Assembly (NCBI GenBank): GCA_951406725.2
Contig: OX597815.1
Location: 55,800,001-55,864,000 of the forward strand
DNA: 64,000 nucleotides
Reading direction: 5' to 3'
Origin: Octopus vulgaris
Lineage: Eukaryota
Shown: positions 53,105-64,000 of the stretch, one piece after another
Numbering within the stretch: the stretch's first letter is position 1
How the letters are laid out: every line of letters begins with the position of its first letter
Notes under the pieces: generated by a model
What the model was told of the DNA's origin: nothing
Databases searched by the model: none
What the model saw: only the letters and a program-made list of their open reading frames with translations
Position numbers and translations under genes: made by a program

Positions 53105-53978
53105 CATTCGTCTATTATTGTGTTATTTCTCCTATTTTACACCTTCCTTAAGAGTGAACGATGAAATCATTCCTCCTACAATGGAGAATATTTAATTTTA
53201 ATTTTCGTCTAATGCTTAACCTTGAATATCACTTAACCCTAGCTTCTGGTGAACGAAAAGAGAAACAATCCAACTCACAAAGGAAAAGGAAGTGAATGAA
53301 TGAATAACAGCAGGAAAGAAGTAAACCTTACAATGAAAAAGGTAGTAAATACCAGTGTCCGTCATCATTTTAGAATCTAAACTCAAAGATTATTTATAGT
53401 CTAAAATTTAGACAATATATAATCTCTGACTTTAGTCGAAGGGATTCTTGTTCATGGGGAAGAACCAGTATCTGCACGACAGGTACTGGTTTGATCCAAC
53501 CGGTTCCAACTTTACTGGCACGAAAGATTTCTCTGGTAAGAAACATTTAAATGTATGCAAGCAGTTCATTAAAATTATTTACAATCATATTATTAGTTTC
53601 CATTGCACGTGCATACAGTCTTTCAACCGTTTTAATTTGTTTATATCAAAATCTATATTATTTTCATGCCGAAAGTACTAGATAGATGCAAATAGTATAT
53701 TATCATTAAACTTGATCTTCTCTTCACAACAAAACCATCCGGTTAATCGGGCTAAAATTCACTCTTCCCCGTTCTTTAAAAGAATTCCTTGAAACACCAT
53801 CAATTGTTGCTGGTCTATTTTACTTTTTTCGTTCTGTACTGTCGCAAATCACCTCTTACGAACCCTTATTCCAAACTTATCCACATATATTCCTTATTTT
53901 GTTAAATAATATATTTTTTTACGCTTCGTTTTTGGATTTGGTTTGCAAGATTCTTTATATGAGTTCGTGTGTTGAAGC

Positions 53979-54175
53979 ATATTCTGTTGTGTCTGGGGAG
54001 AATCATTCTCTTTTAGTGCCTTATTATTTAACACACTCACCGGTAAAATTTCAAGACTATTGAAAAGGTTGTAAGACGCAACGAAAAATAAGAAATAAGT
54101 GGAAATTTTACCGGTGAGTGTGTTAAATAATAAGGCACTAAAAGAGAATGACTCTCCCCAGACACAACAGAATAT
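53979..54175. repeat. Near-perfect 74 bp inverted repeat; family member at 9195-9301
   Basis: 53979-54052 versus 54102-54175; ctaaaagagaatgactctccccagacacaacagaatat recurs at ~9210-9247. Confidence 0.9.
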
Positions 54176-55159
54176 TTTTTACACATTAATATGCATATAA
54201 GAACATACGTACACATTTGTGACCACATCGGGTTTATGTGTGCATATTGGCGGGGTGGGGTGGGGAATCAAAACATAAAAGAATTGTCATCAGAAATAAA
54301 TCCGACCACGAAAGCCTAAGCAGGAAAATGCATTTACTTTTTTCCCCTGCATGGGCTTTGTAGCAAACACAAAAAAGAAACTACTAACAAACTTTAAACT
54401 GGAAAATGTAGAATGCTTAAATGGAATAAAAGTCTACTTATATAGCATAAATTCATCATTTTAGGCGATACCAACAAAGATAAAACAAAACATATAAATA
54501 AACAGATATCAGAGAAAACTATTTAATGTGGTTTTGCCTTTAGAATAAATAACAATCAATATTAACTATCTACGTTTGTTATGACTGCATTGATTAAGTC
54601 ACCTGACCCCACTTACATAGAGATTCCGATTGACGTGTTTTCCAATGAAAATACGTCATTGATGACAGTGACTAGCGTCAGAACTGGAAAATACTATCGA
54701 ATTCATGGAAAATACCGTTTCCTACAATAGACATTATATACTTTCATCGTTTACTTTCTTTAATCATTCATTCATTCAATCATTCATTCATTCACGTATT
54801 CATTCATTCATTCATTCATTTCAATTGCTTTCTTTTCTTCTTTATTTATTACTCTGTTTTCCGGATTTCTCTTTTCTCTCTCTCAAATTTACCATGCCTG
54901 CAATATTAATTTTCTTTTCTTGATCTCGGTTGCTGTTGCTCACTTACTATAGTTTGCGCTCTCTCTCTTTCTCCCTCTCCCTCTCCCTCACTCTCTGTCT
55001 TTCTCCCTGCCTTCTCTCTTTCTCTCTTTTTCTTTCTTTCTCTTTTAACAATCTAAATTCCTCTGAAGCACCCATAACTGCTTCTCCTCCCGACCACACA
55101 CTCGCGCGCGAGCACACTGAAATTACGTGATTACAAAGTGAACTTATACATACATACAT

Positions 55160-55224
<65 letters not shown>

Positions 55225-55416
55225 ACATCGCTTGACAACCGATGCTGGTGTGTTTACGTCCACGTAACTTAGCGGTTCGGCAAACCAGACCGATAGAATA
55301 AGTACTAGGCTTACAAATAATAAGTCCTGGCGTCGATTTGCTCGACTAAAGGCGGTTCTCCAGCATGGCCGCAGTCAAATGACTGAAACAAGTAAAAGAA
55401 TAAAGAATAAAAGAAT
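55225..55416 (+). mobile_element. SINE 3' half with (AAAGAAT)n tail
   Basis: Homologous to 23045-23232. Confidence 0.75.
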
Positions 55417-56305
55417 ATATATATTGTTTTTAAACTACTGATAAAAACAAAGAGCATGCTCGATCTGTTTGGATTTCAACAGCATGCATACATACATACA
55501 TGCATACATACATACATGCATACATGCATACATACATACATGCATACATACATACATACATATATACATACATACATACATACATACATACATACATACA
55601 TACATACATACATAGACTGGTGAAAACAATTTTCCAACCATGGAAGAAAATTTATTAAAAACGAATAATAAACACATTGAAGAGGAATGATATTGATAAA
55701 ACTAGAACTGCAATATTGCACCCTAACGGTGCTACTGCTCAGTTACGAATACCACTGCTGCTGCTACAATTACTGTTGCTGTAACTATAACTGCTGCAAT
55801 AACTGCAACCGATGTTGGTGATACAAGAGCTGTCTGTTTTCTGATCGTTATATTTAATATATAGTTCCATGTAGTATCATGTTGGTACGGCCCAGTTGAA
55901 GACTTTGAGATGCTAAGCAAATCGAAGTTATATTCTGCTGCTATAACAATTTGGTGCCGGACAGTACCAGGTTTGAGTACGAACGTGGCGCATTTTGATG
56001 TGATACCAATTAACTTTTAGACCCAGATCTCGACTGAGTACCTATGAACATAAACGCTTCAACGTCTTCCTCAGCACCAATAATTAAGTATATTTTATAC
56101 TACATTTTTTAATGCAGACTTCTATCTTTTTTTATGGTATTAGGGTGAGATTTAATGGAAACTTAACTATTTCTCACCAGTCATGCTTTGATGATTCAAC
56201 ATTGCGTTGTTGACATCAGGAAAACGGTCGGTGCAGCTTCGATGAACAGAGTGAATTAATATTCAACAGTTTGTGGTATAATTAGAGTTTTCCTAATTCC
56301 GTGTG

Positions 56306-56367
<62 letters not shown>

Positions 56368-56368
<1 letters not shown>

Positions 56369-56681
56369 CTCTTACGGTTACGACGATGAGGGTCTCAGCT
56401 GATACGATCAACGGAACAGCTTGCTCGTAAAACTAACGTGCAAGTGGCTGAGCACTCCACTGAAACGTGTACCCTTAACGTAGTTCTCAGGGAGATTCAG
56501 CGTGACGCAGAGTGCGACAAGGCTGGCCCTTTGAAATACAGGTACTAATCATTTTTGCCAGCTGAGTCGACTGGAGCAACATGAAATAAAGTGTCTTGCT
56601 CGAGGACACAACGCTCGCCGGGAATTGAACTCACGACCATACGATCGTGAGCCGAATACCATAACCACTAAGCCGCGCGCC

Positions 56682-56682
<1 letters not shown>
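56368..56682 (-). mobile_element. Full-length tRNA-derived SINE with a CORE-like domain
   Basis: Reverse complement: ggcgcgcggcttagtgg (box A), gagttcaattccc (box B), gtgtcctcgagcaagacactt (CORE-like). Confidence 0.75.
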
Positions 56683-56735
<53 letters not shown>

Positions 56736-56967
56736 CACACACACACATACACGCACACACACACACACACACACACATACATATATATATATGCATAAAT
56801 ATATACGTATATATATAGACTATGTAATATATACACACATAGTTACATACATATATCATATATGCATCAATATGCATATATATGCATATATACATATATT
56901 GATATATATTTTTATGTTTGTTTGTTTGTTTGTTTGTGTGTGTGTGTGTGTGTACATATACATAAGT

Positions 56968-57286
56968 GTATGGTTTAGTTGTTAGAGCATCGAGCTTACA
57001 ATCATGAGGTAGTGAGTTCGATTCCCAGATCGAGCTGTGTGCAATGTTCTTGAGCAAGACACTTTATTTCACGTTGCTCCAGTTCACTAAGCTGCAGAAA
57101 TGAGTTGCGACGTCACAGGTGCCAAGCTGTATCGGCCTTTACCTTTCCCTTGGATAGCATCAGTGGCGTGGAGAGGGGAGAATGGTGTGCATGGGTAGCT
57201 GCTGGTCTTCCATAAACAACCCTGTTCGGACTTGTGCCTCGGAGGGGAACTTTCTAGGTACAATCTCATGATCATTCATGACCGAA
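56968..57286 (+). mobile_element. tRNA-derived CORE-like SINE with a different 3' tail
   Basis: tggtttagttg, gagttcgattccc and ttgagcaagacactttatttcacgttgctccagt are shared with the upstream SINE; the 3' half is unrelated. Confidence 0.75.
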
Positions 57287-57305
57287 TATATATATATAGA
57301 TATAT

Positions 57306-57490
57306 AAGGTAAAAGATAAAAGATATATCATTTCTGAACTGCTCAGACCTACATTTTAGAAAGGAAGTTTCCAGGTGCTGATCAACATCAAAAGACAAAC
57401 AAAGGTCCCGCTTAAAATTTGCATATATACATTATAAATATATGCATATGTATTTACTGTATATAATCTATATATGCATCTATATGTATG

Positions 57491-57538
<48 letters not shown>

Positions 57539-57817
57539 CACACATATATACATACATATATATGTATATATAGATTATATACATATATATGTATGTATGT
57601 ATATATATATATATACATACACACATATATACATACATATATATGTATATATAGATTATATACACTAAATACATATGCATGTATTTATAATGTACATATG
57701 CAAATTTTAAGCGGGACCTTTGTTTGTCTTTTGATGTTGATCAGCACCTGGAAACTTCCTTTCTAAAATGCAGATCTGAGCTGTTCAGAAAGGATATAAT
57801 CTTTTATCTTTTACCTT
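57306..57817. repeat. Inverted repeat with ~170 bp arms around a TA-rich tandem spacer
   Basis: 57306-57475 versus 57649-57817; the ORF track shows the same peptide ([22 protein letters not shown]) on both strands. Confidence 0.9.
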
Positions 57818-57939
57818 TTATTTGTTTCAGCCAGCAGAGTGGGGGCATCGCTAAGTTACGGTGATATAAACACACTAACACCGGTCGTCAAATGGTGGTG
57901 AAGTACAAACATAGATACCAAGACACACACACACATACA

Positions 57940-58039
<100 letters not shown>

Positions 58040-58121
58040 TAAAGGTAAGTATATATATATATATTATATATATATATATATATGTGTGTGCGTATATATA
58101 TATACATTCATAATATATACA

Positions 58122-58221
<100 letters not shown>

Positions 58222-58512
58222 AAGTTATAAATTGGGGTATCTACGAGATACCGTCATGCTGAAAATAGCAGCCATGATCTGACTTTAAAACCACCTAAAT
58301 TGTCCATATATCAAAACGGAGAAAAAACAAAGGGACAAGATGAAACTAGTAAAAAGTTACTGGATAATTCTAGATTCGGATTTCTGACTTTGCATTTATG
58401 AATGCTACACAGAAGATAAACAGAAATACATATATATATAAATACAACATACAAATACTTACATATACGAACGTATACCCACACATATATGCACGTATGC
58501 ATCATGGCCAGT

Positions 58513-59504
<992 letters not shown>

Positions 59505-59673
59505 GAGGGGTGCCTTTCAGTTTCCGTCAATCAAATCTACTCACAAGGCTTTAGTCGGCCCAAAGCTATAGTAGAAGAGACTTTTGCAAGGTCCCACGCA
59601 GTGGAACTGAATCCAGAACCATGTGATTGGAAAGCAAGCTTATAACCACACAGCTACGCCTGCACCATGTATG

Positions 59674-59718
<45 letters not shown>

Positions 59719-59809
59719 GGTGAGAATTCACAAAAAAACAAAAGACGAAGACAGGTGGTGTAGGCAACAAACAGATATATCAGTTTAACACTCGGGAAGT
59801 GAAAAAAGT

Positions 59810-59845
59810 CTTTAACGTTTCGAGCCTACGCTCTTCCACAGAAAG
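59810..59845 (-). ncRNA. Minimal hammerhead-like motif with an A6U core variant
   Basis: Minus strand: cttt CTGTGGA a gagc gtag gctc GAAAC GTT aaag. Confidence 0.5.
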
Positions 59846-60846
59846 GAATACAGAAAGAAACAAAGAGAGAAAATAAAGAATGTATAGTGGCTAGTGATCT
59901 ATCATGCCGAATGCCTGACAGAGCAGTCACACAGGAGAGCTAGGAAGAAGGGGAGATAATAATGTAGTGGTGATCCCAAAACGAAGGTGCGCGTGCATGT
60001 TTGTAAGAGAGCATTATATGCGTGTGGAAGAGGGCTGGTGACCTTGACGTGTGCGTGTGTGTAGGTGTAGGTGCGTGGATGTGGGGCTGGGAAGTGGTCA
60101 GTACTAGTGTGTGCGTGGTGGTGTGATGTGATGTAATGTGGTGTTGTGTGGTATGATGGTGTATGGTGTAGTGATGTGTAGTGTGGTATGGTGTGATGGT
60201 GTTGGGATGTGGAGGAGGCGAGAGTGGGGAAAGCAAGAGTGGGGTGTGGTTAGGCTGAAGGTGGGGTAGAGACGGTGTATGTGGGAGTGGGTGTAAGGGA
60301 TGGGATGGGGATGGGATGGATAGCGAAGGTGGGGTTGGATTGTGTTGGGGTGGAATTACGAGGGAAGGGTCACGATGAAGAGAGGGGGGAAGGGAGAAGG
60401 TGGGTAGGAGTGAAGAGAAGAGAAAAGGAGAGTAGGAGGGAAGAGAAGAAGTAGGAGTCGGAGCAAGAGAATAAAGGTGGGTGTGAGGTGTGAGAGGGAG
60501 AGAGGAGAGGGGAGGAGAGTTGAGCCAATGTGGCGCAAAGGAGCCTACTATTCTATAAACAAAACAAAAAAGATGTATAACATGTATATACACCTGATAA
60601 AGCATAAAGGCAAGCTGCTTGAAAACCTTCCTCACATATAACTTACATTCTTTATTCTTGAATTTGGCAACTCACCGTTTAACATCTTCATGGCTTTTTC
60701 ATTTCTACCGAATGTCCAAAAGGTAAAAATTGATATCTACTTAGTGAAGTAAAACTGCTTCAAAGCAGTTTTTGAAATTGAATTGTCTATGAAAAAGTTC
60801 TCATTCAACATAGTCATGCTTCAGTCCAAGAACAGTAAGCAAAGAA

Positions 60847-61932
60847 TTGGTGACGCGTATCCTCGATGATGGTGATGCTGTTGACATCGTTTTATTGGAC
60901 TTTACCAAAGCTTTTGACTCGGTTAACCACCGCCTATTACTTGTCAAGCTTCAAGCATATAGTTTCCATCCGGATATTGTACGATGGGTTGGTGCCTTCC
61001 TCTCAGATCGCTCCTTCCAAGTCCAAGTTAATGGTTCGCTGTCCGACGTCTCCAGTGCGAGCAGTGGCGTGCCTCAAGGTTCAATGCTTGGGCCCTTATT
61101 GTTCTTAGTCTTCATAAATGACTTGCCCGACGACCTCACGCAACACACCCTTCTATTTGCCGATGATGTCAAACTGGTCGCTCCTCGCGGTGATATAGAT
61201 ATCTTCGTCGATGCCTCCACCGTCTGCTGCTGGAGAGGACCGACCAGGTAAAGGACCTGGGTATCTTGGTGGATTCTTCCTTTTCGCCTTCGGCCCAGTG
61301 CGTCCATGCTGCCAACAAAGCACGCGGAGTTGTGTTTTTGATTCGACGGTCATTCGGAATGCTCACAGCAGCCATATTCCTACCGCTCTATGTCACGCTG
61401 GTGAGACCCATACTGGAGAACGGGATTCAAGCCTCTTCTCCTTATCTCCTCAAAGACATACATCATCTCGAAAGAGTCCAGAAGCTGGCTACCCGCATGG
61501 TTCTTGATCTCAAGCATTTGTCTTATGAAGAAAGGCTGAAGACGCTCGACCTTTATTCTCTAGAAAAACGACGACGCCGTGGTGATCTCATTCTTGCTCA
61601 CAACATCATAAGCGGAAAGTGTGACCTCTCGAAAGAGTTGTTCTTCACTCCTGCTCCAGAGCGTCGGCTGCGGGGTCATTCCGAAAAGCTCTGTCTACGA
61701 CGATTTCATCTCAATCGAAGGAGAGAGGCTTTCTCCGTCCGGGTTGCGGATCCGTGGAATAAGCTGCCGGACGAGATAGTGAAGATGCCGACGACCGCTC
61801 GGTTCAAAGTCTCCCTTGACCACAAATGGCCTGAACTCTTTGCATGAACACCACCCTGTACGTAACTCCATGTTCCCCTACATGGCCTTGCTTTTTGCTT
61901 TTTGAGCCAAAAAATTAACTTAACTTAACTAA
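60847..61932 (+). mobile_element. CR1/L2-group LINE 3' fragment with an internal deletion and (TTAAC)n tail
   Basis: LDFTKAFD, GVPQGSMLGP, LFADD, then LERVQKLATR...LYSLEKRRRRGDLI...WNKLP. Confidence 0.92.
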
Positions 61933-62149
61933 TTTATCTTTTCAGAAACACAGGTCTTCACTAACAACTTTTAAATTCTGCATGCCTTTTACTGGTGCAT
62001 TGTAGTCCAGCAATCTTCTATTAATCTTATCCTATTGAATTCCTTTCTTTGAGTTGTACAATGAAGATCATCCTTTTGCTTAAACTTAATATACATTGTA
62101 ACATGTAATATACAAAAATAAGAGTTCGTGTAGTTATTCTTCGAGTTTC

Positions 62150-63100
62150 TTCATATTCTGGAAATAGCAAAGAGTTAAATTAACAGCATTTACATATTAC
62201 ATGTAGGGCCTAAGGCTTGCTTTGATCACCAATAACATTCCAAAGTGCACTGTCCAGATTTCGGCACCTTTCACAACTTTATGATACCTGCTGGATTTTA
62301 ACATAGCAACAACTGTTAGCATAACAGAAGATGTCTGGTGAAGTTTTGTCTTCACTACTTAACATATTATACAATGATAAGATTTCCAACTCTATAAAAT
62401 AAAGTGAAATTGAAAACTGATTTTACATAGGTATTTGAAGCAGCTATTCACTATAGTTTAATTCTTCTGAAACGGTTAACATTTTTGGAATTAGCACTCT
62501 AAATTTAGTAACAGACAATGAAATAATTATGATAAACAAAAATTTTTACAAAATTTCTGACGTAAGTTTAATTATTGACAACGAATATCTATTTCTTTAT
62601 GCATTGTTAAAGGAATGCAAATATATTTGATTTAATTATCCCAGCTGTATGAGATTCTATGATCTTTATGATTCTATATGGTTAAATCACAGCTGGCAAA
62701 ATACGTATAATTGAACAGATGATGTCTACCACAGAAAATTTGGTATGTAAACAAAATGATGCAACCTGAAATGTTTCTGGAAAGTTGAATCTGCTACACA
62801 ATTTCATTTCCGAGTTGGAACAATTTATTTCAGTTATATCCCTAACAACAGGAAATATATAAACATCTGTCAATCCCATTCCCCGTCTCCTATAATTTTT
62901 AAGCTTTGCACCGTTGTTAAAATGATAAGTCTTATTTATCTTAGATTTCTATTTTTATGGGATAGTTACATTAGAAACTGGAAACAGTTACATTAGAAAT
63001 TCATCAATAGATTTAACTGATTTAGAAGCATTGCAACGACGCTAAAATATGAATGGTCGAACAAATCATTAATTTCGAACATCAATATAACTCGAACATA
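62150..63100 (-). pseudogene. Probable decayed class-A (peptide-receptor-like) GPCR, TM3-TM7 region
   Basis: Ordered remnants across frameshifts: FVRPF..RRCNASKSVKSI (ICL2), NVTIP (TM4), IIRILPAVI(L)TI(L)NIKII (TM5), MLTVVAML..PAGI (TM6), LLVIKASLRPYM*Y (TM7, NPxxY-like). Confidence 0.45.
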
Positions 63101-64000
63101 TTTATAATACTCACCGGTACACATTTAGTTAGCAGAATAAACCCACAATAATAATATAATACAACCATAAATATAGACAATAACAGTTCTGCCTGCACGA
63201 TCAATCACTCCATAACAAACCACATTAAACTAAAATGGAAAACAACACACATAGACATCGTTACATGTTGAACACAGACTACACCTACAGAAACCCGAGG
63301 TATAACCCCAAATACTGTGTTGGAATACACATCACCAAGTACAGAGAAAAAGCAACTGTTGCACTCTGACTGAATCCACATCCTGTCTGCGCTGTGGCTA
63401 CCATCAGCGTACAAAAATAGATTAAACAACAAAAATAGATTAAACAACAAAGAAATTACAATATATCAGGATTATCACATTACTCTCCATACTATTCAAT
63501 ATATATCGGAGTGTATAACTTGAATAAGGTATAAGGTAAAACATGGTAGAACTAGGAAAAAAACATAGCTAAGGGTCGCAACCTTCTTTTTTGTTTAACT
63601 GTCTGCACACTATAACACTGCACCGTCAGATTAACCCAGGGGCTACTCATCATTGGCTATCAAATAAAGTGGTTCAGTGAGGGAACTTTCTAGTGGCTGT
63701 TTTACCCGCCGATTGTTTCGATCAGTTTGCCCCAACAATATTATTAATGTTTTAAAATTGGATTGATAATTAGAAAACCTTAATTTTCGCTCCGCATACC
63801 CGTAATATAGATGAGATGGCCGTGACTTGATTGCTGAAATTCTATCAAAAGCGACTCATCATATCTGATTCATATAATGTGCTTGCGTAATGCGTTTGTC
63901 TTAAACATTGGAAAATCTTCATCTAGAAACGACTATGAATTTTATAGATTGTGGTTTGTTATGTTTATGTAGTTGGTTGACTAATCCCCGTACTAAGTCT

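Noticed and set aside
59940-60635. 231 aa Pro/His/Ser-rich ORF
   Set aside because: Product of purine/GT-biased low-complexity DNA with no recognisable domain

Overview
This is AT-rich, microsatellite-dense eukaryotic genomic DNA with no intact host gene. Its repeat complement resembles an octopus (coleoid cephalopod) genome, which is an inference and was not verified. The window is a mosaic of mobile elements: a Tc1-type IR/DR transposon, a mariner, Tc1/mariner MITEs, hAT remnants, non-autonomous Helitrons, Tx1/L1-like, CR1/L2-like, RTE and R4/Dong-like LINE fragments, Penelope-like elements (PLEs), tRNA-derived SINEs and a solo LTR. A decayed class-A GPCR probably lies near the right end. 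The most striking unexplained signal is a set of type I hammerhead ribozyme (HHR) motifs in at least six unrelated sequence contexts. These include two copies of a tRNA-head/(AAT)n/HHR SINE, two partial-tandem retrozyme-like units, and palindromic PLE-type ends. Almost all other ORFs in the track are microsatellite artefacts. All structures were read by eye; no database search or folding program was run.
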